Assembly: GCA_963806535.1 (NCBI GenBank)
Contig: CAWDYC010000010.1
Location: 32,001 to 96,000, forward strand
Reading direction: 5' to 3'
Source of the DNA: Candidatus Bathyarchaeota archaeon
GTDB taxonomy: Archaea; Thermoproteota; Bathyarchaeia; Bathyarchaeales; Bathycorpusculaceae
DNA length: 64,000 bases
Below the pieces are notes generated by a model. It was not told the origin of the DNA. It was given only the letters and a program-made list of their open reading frames with translations, and ran no database searches. The position numbers and the translations under genes are program-made. Positions 33,178 through 43,902 of this stretch are shown piece after piece (the stretch's first letter is position 1; the number at the start of each line of letters is the position of its first letter).

Positions 33178-34422
33178 TTAGGCTTGCTTCTTTTTTCCAG
33201 CCGTTTTTTTACTTGTTTTCTTGAGCGCATTGTACATTCTTGTTTGTAGTCCCCACAGTTCAATGAAGCCTTTAGAGTAGGACTGGTTGAATGAGGTTTT
33301 GATGTTGTAGTTGGCTAGGTTTTTGTCGTAGAGTGACATTGGCGAGGAGCGTCCGATAACTTGCATGCTGCCTTTGTAGAGTTTGAGTTTGACTTCTCCA
33401 GTAACGTTTTCTTGGGACTTGTTGATGAATGCATCAAGGTCATCTTTGAGTGGGTCAACCCACAATCCAGCGTATGCAAGGAAAACCCATTCGGCGTCAA
33501 CCTGTTGCTTGAACAGGACCTGATGACGGGTCATAACCATTTTTTCAAGGTCTTTATGAGCTTCCAAAATCACCGTTGCCGCTGGGCACTCGTAAACTTC
33601 ACGGGATTTGATACCGACAAGGCGATCTTCGATGTGGTCTATTCTGCCCACACCGTTTCTGCCAGCAATTTTATTCATTTCTTCAATAAGTTCAAGCGGC
33701 AACATAGATTTGCCATTAACAGCTACAGGGACTCCAGCTTCGAACTGAATGGTAACAATCTCAGGAGTGTTAGGTGCTTTTTCGCCAGAAACCGTCCATT
33801 CATAAGCGTCTTCAGGCGGCGCTTGACTTGCATCCTCAAGCAATCCACATTCAATTGCTCTTCCCCAAACGCTTGCATCTATGCTGTATTTTTTGGCTGC
33901 GTTGGAGACAGGGATGCCTTTGGTTTTTGCGTAAGCGATTTCTTCTTCACGCGTCATGCCCCATTCGCGCACTGGAGCAATAATTTTTCTGTCAGGCGCT
34001 AAAGAACCAAGCGTCACGTCGAAACGTACTTGGTCGTTGCCTCTTCCAGTGCAGCCATGCGCTAAGGCTGTGGCGCCTTCTTTTTCGGCGATTTCAACCA
34101 TCTTCGCAGCGATTAATGGTCTTGAGAGGCTTGTGCTTATAGGATACTTTCCCTCATAGAGCGCATTTGCTTTTATGGCTGGAAAAATGTAGTCTTTTGC
34201 AAACTCATCTTTTGCATCGATCGAAAAATGTTTGAGAACGCCGAGTTTTTTTGCTTTTTCCTCAGCTGCTTTAAGGTCTTCTCCTTGACCAACATCAACA
34301 GTTACTGTTATTACTTGTGCATCGTATTTTTCTTGAAGATACTTGATTAACACGGATGTGTCTAATCCGCCGGAGTATGCTAATACGATTTTTTCGGTTA
34401 TTGTTGCTCCCTCATTTTTCAA
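33178..34422 (-). CDS. argG: argininosuccinate synthase (start may be ATA at 34401)
   Basis: AYSGGLDTS, HGCTGRGNDQVRF, RLVGIKSREVYE. Confidence 0.97.
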   Translation of the reverse strand: MKNEGATITEKIVLAYSGGLDTSVLIKYLQEKYDAQVITVTVDVGQGEDLKAAEEKAKKLGVLKHFSIDAKDEFAKDYIFPAIKANALYEGKYPISTSLSRPLIAAKMVEIAEKEGATALAHGCTGRGNDQVRFDVTLGSLAPDRKIIAPVREWGMTREEEIAYAKTKGIPVSNAAKKYSIDASVWGRAIECGLLEDASQAPPEDAYEWTVSGEKAPNTPEIVTIQFEAGVPVAVNGKSMLPLELIEEMNKIAGRNGVGRIDHIEDRLVGIKSREVYECPAATVILEAHKDLEKMVMTRHQVLFKQQVDAEWVFLAYAGLWVDPLKDDLDAFINKSQENVTGEVKLKLYKGSMQVIGRSSPMSLYDKNLANYNIKTSFNQSYSKGFIELWGLQTRMYNALKKTSKKTAGKKKQA

Positions 34423-34513
34423 GTTGAATTGTTCCCGTTACCTTGAACGCTGTATTTTTAAAGATTGTGACTTTTTTGTTACTTAATAAAATTTAAATGT
34501 ACCATTTGATACA

Positions 34514-35105
34514 TTGAGTCCCAATATGACAATAGCTCAAGACGTTCGAAATCACCTGCGAAACAAACCATACCTACTGGAAGCCCTCGAAAAAGGCATA
34601 GTAAATCTAAGCGAGCTGTCACGACAAATACAAAAGGAAATAAAAACCAATGATACAAGCGCCATAAAAGCTGCTTTGCGCCGTTATTCTGAGGAACTGC
34701 AAAAGCACAAACAGAAAAGAGAAGAAAAAGTCCTCCATCTGCTAAAGCATAGTAGCATAGCTGTTTACGACCGAAAATCCGTTATGATAACAGCCAAAGA
34801 AATTAGTAATCAAAACGGGTATGAAAGTTGATTTAGTCGGTAAATTTGTTTATTTGCTTGATAGAAGCGATTTGCCTGAACGCATAAACGCTCTTGTTAA
34901 ACATGATAATTGCACGATGATTGTTGTTCATTCACCTGAGGAATTGGAGGCAACGCCGGGAGTTGTCGCGTTCCTAGCCACTTTGTTGGCAGAGCAAAAT
35001 GTGAACATAGTCGAGTTCATCTCCTGCTGGACCGAAACAATTATTGTTGTTGAGAAAAAAGACAGCCTCAAAACCTACGAAACTTTAACCAACATGGTGG
35101 GTTAA
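34514..35105 (+). CDS. ACT-domain putative amino-acid-responsive regulator; frameshift near 34820
   Basis: N-terminal GIVNLSELSR (HTH-like), C-terminal ACT-like TPGVVAFLATLLAEQNVNIVEFISCWTE. Confidence 0.7.
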
Positions 35106-35200
35106 GAAACACGAAGGCTAACAACAAAATTAATAATGTTAGAGCTGATACTTCAGCTACAACTTTCCAATTAGAAAAGACAATTTAACGGAGATTCAAC

Positions 35201-36452
35201 ATGCCACATCAAGAATGCATAAACTGCAAAACACAATATGACATAGATGAAATTCTGTATTTCTGCAAGAAATGCGGAGACATACTTGAAATAAAATTCG
35301 ATTTCAAAGAGTTAGCTCAAACGCTTAAAGAAAGCGACTGGAAAACAAAGCCCCTATCCGTTTGGCGATACCGAGACTTCATGCCCATCCACGAAGCAGC
35401 CCACATAGTCACCCTAAATGAAGGCGGCACAGGATTGCACCGTTCCCCACGTTTAGCAGAAGAAGTAGGATTAAAAGAAGTATACGTTAAAAATGAGGGC
35501 GAAAACCCCACAGGCAGCTTCAAAGACCGAGGCATGACTGTCGGCGTCACAAAAGCCGTTGAACTTGGTGCAAGACATGTAATTTGCGCTTCAACAGGCA
35601 ACACCAGCGCAAGCTTAGCCGCTTACGCCGCAAGAGCTGGAATAAAATGCACAGTTCTAATTCCCTCAGGCAAAATTGCTTATGGAAAACTGGCTCAAGC
35701 CATGATTCACGGTGCCAAAGTTTTGCAGGTCAGAGGCAACTTTGACCAAGCCTTAGAATTCGTGCTTAAACTTGCAGAGAAACACAAGAGCATTTACCTT
35801 CTTAACTCAATTAACCCCTTCCGCATCGAAGGACAGAAATCATTGGGTTACGAAATCTGCGAGCAACTAAACAACAAAGCACCAGACAGAATCATCATAC
35901 CTGTTGGCAACGCAGGAAACATAAGTGCTGTTTGGAAAGGCTTAACCGAATTTCACCAACTTGGCTTCATAAAAACACTTCCGAAAATGACGGGCATACA
36001 AGCCGCTGGCTCAGCCCCAATAGCACAAGCAATCAAAACAGGCAGTGACAAAATAATCCCAGTTGAAAACCCAGAAACCATTGCTACAGCCATCCGAATC
36101 GGCGCACCAGTAAGCTGGAAGAAAGCAGTAAACGCAATTCATGAATCACATGGAACTGCTGAAACCGTAACCGATGAGGAAATCTTGGATGCTCAGAAAA
36201 TGCTTGCTACGGATTGAAGGCATTTTTGTGGAGCCAGCAAGCGCCTCATCTATTGCAGGACTGAAAAAGCTTGTTCAGAATGGAGTTATCGATAAAGATG
36301 AACGGGTAGTGTGCATCACGACTGGCCACGGGCTAAAGGATCCTGACACTGCGATTAAACAAAGCGAAAAACCTATTGAGGTTGATGCTGAAATATCCGC
36401 TATCGAACAAGCTTTAGGCTTACAAACGCGAAGGGTCATTTTGGCTAGGTGA
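35201..36452 (+). CDS. thrC: threonine synthase (frameshift near 36210)
   Basis: NPTGSFKDRG, ASTGNTSAS, PVGNAGN, EGIFVEPASA, TGHGLKD. Confidence 0.93.
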
Positions 36453-36459
36453 ATATGAA

Positions 36460-37503
36460 ATGAGGATTATCTTAGTTGGGTATGGAGTAGTTGGGAAGGG
36501 TGTAACTACCATTCTGGCTCGCAGATACACTGAAAAGGTCCAAGATTACGGGTTTAACCCAAAAATCGTTGCCATCGCCGATATCGATGGTGCGGTTATA
36601 AATCCAAGGGGTCTAAGCCCTGAAAAGCTGGAAGCAATTAAGCAACGAGGTTACCCAATATCTGCAGACCCTGACTTCGGACATCCAGGAATGCCTGCAT
36701 TAGATGTTATTGCATCGGTTGAAGCAGAAGTAGTTGTAGAAGTCACACCTGTCAACATCAAGAACGGTGAACCAGCCCTATCACATATCACTACAGCGTT
36801 TAAAACAGGAAAACATGTCGTTACAACCAACAAAGGACCATTAGCCCTAGCCATGCCAGCCCTCACCGAACTAGCTGAATATAACAATGTTTACCTGCGG
36901 TTTAGCGGGACGGTCGGCGGTGGAACACCCATGCTTGAGTTTGCCAAACGATGCCTTGCAGGAGACAGAATCCTTGCCATACGAGGCATACTAAACGGCA
37001 CCACAAATTACATACTAACAGAAATGTCGCAAAACCGTGTTACATTCCAAGAAGCCCTCACAAATGCGCAGAAGCTTGGCTACGCTGAAAGAGAGCCATC
37101 TATGGATATTGACGGATTTGATACCGCGTGCAAAGTGGTTATTCTAGCGAACTGGATTATGAATAAGAAAATAACGTTAAAAGACGTGGACAGAACAGGC
37201 ATTCGCGACGTCTCTTTGCAAATGCTTGATGAAGCTTCAAAGAGGGGCAATACAATCAAGCTCATCGGCTCAATAGACGGCGACAAAGCATCTGTTAAGC
37301 CAACGGAAATACCGAAAAACAACCCGTTATGCGTCAGCGGAGTCTTAAACGCAATAACCTTCTCTACCGAATACGCTGCAGAACAAACTCTTATCGGCAG
37401 AGGTGCAGGCGGAATTGAAACAGCCAGCGCAGTTTTAAGAGACCTCTTAGACATAAGACATAAGTTAGCAGATCGAATGCTAAATAATAACCCGGAGTCC
37501 TAA
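36460..37503 (+). CDS. hom: homoserine dehydrogenase
   Basis: GYGVVG, VVTTNKGPLA, GILNGTTNYIL, GRGAG. Confidence 0.95.
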   Translation: MRIILVGYGVVGKGVTTILARRYTEKVQDYGFNPKIVAIADIDGAVINPRGLSPEKLEAIKQRGYPISADPDFGHPGMPALDVIASVEAEVVVEVTPVNIKNGEPALSHITTAFKTGKHVVTTNKGPLALAMPALTELAEYNNVYLRFSGTVGGGTPMLEFAKRCLAGDRILAIRGILNGTTNYILTEMSQNRVTFQEALTNAQKLGYAEREPSMDIDGFDTACKVVILANWIMNKKITLKDVDRTGIRDVSLQMLDEASKRGNTIKLIGSIDGDKASVKPTEIPKNNPLCVSGVLNAITFSTEYAAEQTLIGRGAGGIETASAVLRDLLDIRHKLADRMLNNNPES

Positions 37504-37505
37504 AA

Positions 37506-38912
37506 ATGAAAATCGTAATGAAGTTTGGCGGTACAAGCGTTGCCACAGGCGAAAACATACGCCATGTAGTTGACTTAGTAGCTAAAAACGCGAAAAAAGA
37601 CAAAGTTGCAGTGGTTGTCTCGGCGTTGGCAGGTGTAACCAACAGCCTAATTGAAGTTGCCGAGCAAGCCAAAAAAAGCGATGAAAAACACATCGAAGAC
37701 TTCATCAAACAGCTGTTGAAGAAACATTTAGAGGCGATTTCATCCGCAATTAGCAGCAAAGAGATTCAAAAGGAAGTTACTCAGATCACTGAGAAAACCT
37801 TAGCTGAGCTAGAGAAGGTTTTAACTGGTATCTGCTATGTTGGCGAAGTGACGCCCAAATCTAAAGATTATGTGGTTTCTTTTGGTGAGCGATTATCTGC
37901 GCCTATTGTTTGGGGTGCCATAAAAGACAAAGGGCTTGAAACTCAATGGTTCACTGGCAAAGAAGCAGGCATTGTTACTGACTCCAACTTTGGCGAAGCA
38001 GACCCACTGATGAATTACACTACTCATCTCATCCGAGAACGTCTTGTACCACTCCTAGAAAAAGGCGTAATCCCCGTTGTAACAGGATTTATCGCCGCAA
38101 ACCAAGATGGCATTGTTACGACTGTTGGCAGAGGAGGCTCAGATTATACAGCCACAATTTTAGGTGCTGCATTAGAGGCTGACGAAGTCTGGATATGGAC
38201 CGACGTTGACGGCATAATGACCACTGACCCAAAAATTGTGCCAACTGCCAAAATGCTGCCACAACTCAGCTACCAAGAAGCTGCGGAAATGGCAATTTTC
38301 GGCGCAAAAGCCATGCATCCACGCGCATTGGAACCTGTCATTAAAGAAAACATTCCAGTCAGAATACGCAGTGTTTTCCACCCCGAAAACCTAGGCACAC
38401 TCATAACAAAAGAACCCGATCCCAAAGCAACAGAAGTAGTCAAAGCCGTAGCTTTGATAAAAGACGTAGCAATGGTGAACGTTAGCGGGGCAGGAATGGT
38501 AGGTGCACCAGGCAGCTACACAAAAGTCTTCGACGTTTTAGGCAAAAACGACATAAATGTAATGATGATTTCCACCGCTGTTTCAGAAGCCAACATTTCA
38601 ATGATTATCAAACGAGGACTACTTGGCAGGGCAATTAGCAACCTTGAAATCGCCTTGTTGGACAGAGGCGGCTTAGTCAGCGAAGTCTCAGCCGAAGACG
38701 ATGTTGCAGTAATTGCTGTTATGGGCGCAAACATGAAAGGAATGTTAGGCGTCGCATCAAAAATATTCTCAACTGTCGCGAAGAAAGGCATAAACATCCG
38801 CATGATTGCCCAAGGCAGTTCAGAACTAAACATTTCATTCGTTGTCAAGGAAAAAGATGGAGCAGCAGTAGTGAAAGCGATACACGAAGAATTTAATCTG
38901 GATAAAATTTAG
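37506..38912 (+). CDS. lysC: aspartate kinase
   Basis: MKFGGTSV, GRGGSDYTA, WTDVDG, two ACT domains. Confidence 0.93.
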   Translation: MKIVMKFGGTSVATGENIRHVVDLVAKNAKKDKVAVVVSALAGVTNSLIEVAEQAKKSDEKHIEDFIKQLLKKHLEAISSAISSKEIQKEVTQITEKTLAELEKVLTGICYVGEVTPKSKDYVVSFGERLSAPIVWGAIKDKGLETQWFTGKEAGIVTDSNFGEADPLMNYTTHLIRERLVPLLEKGVIPVVTGFIAANQDGIVTTVGRGGSDYTATILGAALEADEVWIWTDVDGIMTTDPKIVPTAKMLPQLSYQEAAEMAIFGAKAMHPRALEPVIKENIPVRIRSVFHPENLGTLITKEPDPKATEVVKAVALIKDVAMVNVSGAGMVGAPGSYTKVFDVLGKNDINVMMISTAVSEANISMIIKRGLLGRAISNLEIALLDRGGLVSEVSAEDDVAVIAVMGANMKGMLGVASKIFSTVAKKGINIRMIAQGSSELNISFVVKEKDGAAVVKAIHEEFNLDKI

Positions 38913-38979
38913 TTTTTTTTCAGTTTTCTTATTATCTTATTTGGAAAAGGATTAACATTGGAGATAAATTAGGATGCTG

Positions 38980-39492
38980 TCAATTATAAGGTCCGTTGAC
39001 CATTTTCTGTTGACCCCAGTATCGCCTTCGTGACCTCCAGAGCAACATTCGAGCCGCAAACACAATTAACATAACAACCAAAATTATGATTAGGAATTCT
39101 CCTGGATAATATCCTGATCCCGTGGTGATGAAAAAGAAGTACAGGACCACAGCAACGATTATGCCGATTGGCAACATAAGTAAAATTCCAGCGTAACGCA
39201 ACCAAGTCGGAGGACGCTGCCTGCTTCCGACACCGCCATAGCTACCAGACGCTGAATTGGCACGTTGCTCTTGAATCTGTTTAAGCCGTTCTTCGTTTAG
39301 GTAATATTTGCCGTTTACTTCAACAAAAATTTTTGTTTGACCGAGCCTACGCTGCATGGCTTGTTCGAAACGGGGTGGCAGATCTAGTTCTTGAAGGGTC
39401 ATTGCTTTTTCGGGGCTTGTCGCTCCTTTTTGACGGAACTTTTCCACTATCTCGTTTAACCGTTGCCGTATTTCTTCAGGGTTTCTAAACAT
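38980..39492 (-). CDS. hypothetical membrane protein (winged-helix-like N-terminus, two TM helices)
   Basis: GATSPEKAMTLQEL...YYLNEER; two C-terminal hydrophobic helices. Confidence 0.65.
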   Translation of the reverse strand: MFRNPEEIRQRLNEIVEKFRQKGATSPEKAMTLQELDLPPRFEQAMQRRLGQTKIFVEVNGKYYLNEERLKQIQEQRANSASGSYGGVGSRQRPPTWLRYAGILLMLPIGIIVAVVLYFFFITTGSGYYPGEFLIIILVVMLIVFAARMLLWRSRRRYWGQQKMVNGPYN

Positions 39493-39510
39493 TTGTTTTT
39501 CCTCAAATGT

Positions 39511-39744
39511 TTATTCGTTTTTTTCTTCTGGAGCTTCTAGACCTTGCATTATTTTTTCTGCGAGTTCTCTCATGACGTCAGCTTTGACCATGGTGATGCC
39601 CCGTCGGTTTCTACCTGACATGACAAGTAGGAGGTCGCCTGGTTTAATGTCGAGTTCCTTGCGTGCGTCTGCGGGGATGACTACTTGCCCTCTGTCGCCG
39701 ACTTTTACCGTTCCGTAGAGTTGTATGTTGCTTTTTCTCTCCAT
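39511..39744 (-). CDS. AbrB/MazE/SpoVT family DNA-binding protein
   Basis: GTVKVGDRGQVVIPADARKELDIKPGD. Confidence 0.9.
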   Translation of the reverse strand: MERKSNIQLYGTVKVGDRGQVVIPADARKELDIKPGDLLLVMSGRNRRGITMVKADVMRELAEKIMQGLEAPEEKNE

Positions 39745-39746
39745 CT

Positions 39747-39784
39747 GAATCACACTTTTCATACATTTCACACTAATATGAAAT
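39747..39784 (-). promoter_or_regulatory. three 9-bp direct repeats upstream of the AbrB gene (putative autoregulatory operator)
   Basis: Reverse complement GTGTGAAAT GTATGAAAA GTGTGATTC just before the ATG; overlapping ATTTCA..TGAAAT inverted repeat. Confidence 0.55.
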
Positions 39785-39816
39785 CAGAATTTAAGGATTT
39801 ACCCAAATCTCTTCTT

Positions 39817-40287
39817 TTAACTTAACTTAAAAGGATGCAAACATTTATCAAGAAAATGAAAATTTTCTATTCTAAAAAGATGACTCTTACAACGGCAATC
39901 GGAACATCCAAAACCTCTAATCGGCAAGGCACCACTTGTCTCGATCATATTGGAGACAATACATTCTTCCGCCTTCTTTCCGGCTGAATAATAAACCGCT
40001 ATTACTTTTGACGCTTCATTACTTAACAAGTAGTCGATATGCCAAAACAAGTGCTTCTCTTTTCTTTGATGCCGCTTCACTCTGAGCTCTAAATTGTTTT
40101 GCGCAGAACCAACATAAGCATATAAGCCCTGTTGAAAGTTTAACTCGCCTAAGGCACCTATGCCACAGTTAACACCATTTTTTATTTGAATAATTAAGAC
40201 GTAGATTCCTTTCAACTTTTCCTCTTTCTTCAAGGCATTTTGCAAAATAGTTGCCTGTGGCTGTTCTAACTTAAGGTCATGTTCCAA
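39817..40287 (-). CDS. DUF123 / GIY-YIG (Uri superfamily) protein
   Basis: KGIYVL, YAYVGSA, FWHIDYL, GFGCSDCRCKSHL. Confidence 0.88.
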   Translation of the reverse strand: MEHDLKLEQPQATILQNALKKEEKLKGIYVLIIQIKNGVNCGIGALGELNFQQGLYAYVGSAQNNLELRVKRHQRKEKHLFWHIDYLLSNEASKVIAVYYSAGKKAEECIVSNMIETSGALPIRGFGCSDCRCKSHLFRIENFHFLDKCLHPFKLS

Positions 40288-40368
40288 TGGGGTCTGAACA
40301 GATTTTTAAGCTTAACTCTAATACATTAGCACTGATTTCAAGCAATTAAACGTCAATAGGCGAATCCG

Positions 40369-41557
40369 TTGAAATTTAACCGCAATCCTCTTTCGCAAGA
40401 ATCGTCCGTTCTCCTCAACATTATTCGTTTAGTCGCTTGCGAAATGGTAGTAATCGGACATTTTTTGACGAAATATCAACCCGTCCTAAACACCCCATCT
40501 TTCACGATTGGCAGCGTATTGGGTGGAGTTGCTGTGCTTTTGTTTTTCGCGCTTTCCGGGTTACTAATTTGTTACTCATTGCTAAATAAAATAGGGAACA
40601 AAGAGTACAAGTTTAGAAATTTTTTTGTTGACCGATTCAGCCGAATTTACTCCGGTTTAGTGCCAGCGCTAATTTTAGCAGGAGTTTTTGTCTTGTTAAT
40701 TTATGTCACGAACCAAACCTATTTTGCTTCTTTGTGCGCCATGCAGACCACACCTTCATTGCTTAATTTCGGTATGACTCTTGGTATGTTAGAAAGATTC
40801 CCAACTTCACTTTTTGGGTTGCAACTTCCGTTACCTGCAGTTACTCCTTTTGGGTTCAACGGAATATTGTGGACGTTGGTTGTTGAATGGTGGATTTACA
40901 TGTTTTTTGGCTGGTTAGTTATTGGGTCATTAGGAGTAACGGGAAAAAGAGAAAGGAACAAGCCTTACTGGGTTTTGTTTTTTGCGGTTGCTGCTTTATT
41001 GAGTTTAATGATTTTAACGTTGTTTCAAGAGTATAGCAGTTTTATCATCGTTTGGTTTGTGGGTGCTTTGATGATGCTGGCAATCAATAGTTCGCGTCTT
41101 AACAGTATTTTGTCGAGTGATGTTGCGCGAAATGTTTTAGAGGGTTTGCTTCAAGTTTTTTTGGCAATCACGTTATTTGATATTTACATGACTTTCGCTT
41201 CGACCCGCCAATACTATGATGTTTTCTTGGGAATGTTACTTTCAATTTGTATTTTTCTTGGAGTACTACTGTTGAATGGAAGGGCGAGCAAGAGAGACTC
41301 CAAAGATGATTTTGAACAAAAAATTCGTTAACATTGTTAGCTCTGGAGCTGGTTTCTCATATACTCTTTTCTTAACTCATTATCCAATATTGATTTATCT
41401 TAGCGGATTGAATTTGTCCGTTGACAGATTCTACATGATAATTCCAATATTGCTGATTACAAATGTTACTGCATTTGCAATAGCGTATTTCACTGAGAAA
41501 AAGCACAAACAACTAGCATATTCAATTAAGAAATTATTGCATATACCTCAATGCTAA
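40369..41557 (+). CDS. acyltransferase-3 (OafA-like) membrane protein, frameshifted
   Basis: MVVIGH, FFALSGLLI, RFSRIY, WTLVVEWWIY, SYTLFLTHYP. Confidence 0.85.
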
Positions 41558-41568
41558 GGCGCTGCAGT

Positions 41569-43634
41569 CTATACAATAGCAGTTAGACCCAGTTGTTCAA
41601 GCATGGTTGCGATATGGTTTGTTGCTGGAAGGCACATTTGGTCTCGGCAAACATATGCAGTTGCTTTGCCCTCGATTTGCTGATAGTCGAAAGCAGATTT
41701 CTCTGGACTCTTAAGTGACACAGTGGTTGTTGGCAGGTAATGCTTCTTTAATGCATCAAGCATTTCCAGCGGTGTCTTTGTGCGTTTTTTCACCAACTAA
41801 GGTAACGCTGTAGGATGGACCAATCAGAAAATCATATGCTAAAAGGAAGAACGTGTATGCTTCAGGCGCTCCTTCTACTTCTTGCCCAAATGTTTTCGTC
41901 ATTTGGGTTGCCATTGTTTCGAAGGTAAGTTCGTTGGTTAAACGACTTAGCCGCAGCAGATTATACAGTGCGACTGAGTTTCCTGAGGGAACTGCTCCAT
42001 CATAGAGCTGCTTGAGTTTTGGTAGTCCCGCCTCACTGGTTTGTGTTTGGTAAAATCCGCCGTTTTTGTCATCCCAAAACTTTGCCACCATAGTTTTGGT
42101 TAGCGCTGTGGCTGCTTGGAGATATTTGTCTTCGAAGGTTGCCTCATAGAGCTCAATTAGCCCCCATGTGAAGAAGGCGTAGTCGTCTAGGAAGCCGTCA
42201 ATGGCTGCTTCGCCTTTTGCATATCGATGATACAGCACATCATCTTTGAGCATGACGGTTTAAGATGAAGTCTGCTGTTTTCTATTGCGGCTTCAATGTA
42301 CTTTGGTTCATTAAAAATACTGCCGGCTTTGGCTAAAGCTGCGATCATCAAGCCGTTCCAGTCTGTTAAGAACTTTATCATCTATCGCTGGAGGCACCCG
42401 TTTCTTTCTTACTTCAAAAAGAATATGTTGAATTTTGCCCAGCCTCATGATAAGTTCATCCAGCGTTAAGCCTTTGTATGATGCAAGTTCATCGAGAGGT
42501 TCGGCGAGGTAAAGAATATTTTTGCCTCTGCTATTAGGAAAGTTGCCGTCAGCCTTTAATCCAAAAAGATGAACAGCCAAGTCTGCATCTGCCGGTTCTA
42601 GCGAATCCAGTGACTTCCTGCAAGGTCCACAGATAATATTTGCCCTCTTCACCCTCTGAATCGGCATCTTGAGCTGAGAAGAAGCCGCCTTGTGACGAAG
42701 ATAAATCTCTAATGCAGTAATCCAGAGTTTCCTTTGCGGTTATCTTGAATTTTCCAGCCCGTGTTACCTGGTACGCTTCAACATAGGCTATTGTGAGCAG
42801 TGCTTGGTCATAGAGCATTTTTTCGAAGTGCGGCACTAGCCATTGCGGATCTGTGCTGTAACGATGAAATCCAAGACCAATTTGGTCAAAGATTCCGCCT
42901 AGCCTCATTTGCCTTAGCGTCTGCTCAGCCATAGCTAATGCCTTCGTTTCTTTAGTTCTCGCGTAGTAGTGCATTAGAAACATCAGCTTATGAGGAGTTG
43001 GAAATTTTGGTGCAGTGCCAAAGCCGCCGTTTTCTTTATCAAAATCCAATGTTAAGCGCTCAAAGGTGTCTCTTAGCACTTCTTTACCCAAAGATTGTTG
43101 AGGAGTTCTCTTTTCCAGATATTCGATTCGGCTCTTGATGTCAGCTCCTACAACTTCAAGCTGAGCGCGTTGTCCTTTCCAAATTCTCATAATTTGAGGA
43201 ACAAGATCCAACATGCCCACTAAGCCTGCTCTGCTGAATTTTGGTATGTAGCTGGCAGCATAAAACGGGTTAAGCTTAGACGTAAGCAGTATGTTAAGTG
43301 GCCAACCGCAGTTTCTGCCCATAGCTTGACAAACAGCCATGTAAGCCGCGTCCAAGTCGGGTCTTTCTTCGCGATCAACCTTAATGCAGACAAAGGCTTG
43401 GTTTAAGAGGTCTGCAACTTGTTGGTCGTTGAAGCATTCCTCCTCCATGACATGGCACCAGTGGCAGCTGGAGTAGCCGATGCTGAGGAAAATTGGTTTG
43501 TCTTCGGCTTTCGCTTTGTCTAAGGCTTCTTGGCTCCAGGGATACCAGTCTACTGGGTTGTAGGCATGCTGAAGAAGATAAGGACTTTTTTCGTTAATCA
43601 GTCTATTAGGCTTATTTTCATGATTTGGCTGCAA
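41569..43634 (-). CDS. thioredoxin-domain YyaL/SSP411 family protein, frameshifted
   Basis: [53 protein letters not shown]. Confidence 0.92.
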
Positions 43635-43716
43635 AAACTAGAGACCTTCCTATTGAATTATTAATTGCGCGTTTTATTAATGTGTTTGAGAAACATCTGT
43701 GCAGAGAGAGGTAAAT

Positions 43717-43853
43717 TTTGTTGTTTGTGTTTCAGTTTGCTTTTTTGGTTCAGGGTTTGCTTTGTTTGCAGGTTGCGTTTTTTCCCGTTGTTTTGACGTC
43801 TGTTCGACGTTGTTTTGCGTTGAATTGCGTTTATTTCCGTTTATTCCCGTTCC
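43717..43853 (-). repeat. dispersed repeat copy M: seven 10-11-bp units + core
   Basis: Core 43717-43776 differs from copy L at 3 positions; plus-strand units GTTTTTTCCC GTTGTTTTGAC GTCTGTTCGAC GTTGTTTTGC GTTGAATTGC GTTTATTTCC GTTTATTCCC. Confidence 0.9.
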
Positions 43854-43902
43854 ACTTAGTTTCTAAAAGCCTTAAGTGTAAGTGCATAAAACAAGAATCA
43901 GT

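Noticed and set aside
27431-38848. Antisense and overlapping ORFs within car, arg, thr and ask genes
   Set aside because: Shadow ORFs of well-supported genes, with no motifs of their own.
13955-43634. Many frameshifts read as programmed frameshifting or mass pseudogenisation
   Set aside because: They hit conserved genes (carB, thrC, YyaL) at scattered positions with otherwise intact motifs; long-read indel error is the simpler explanation.
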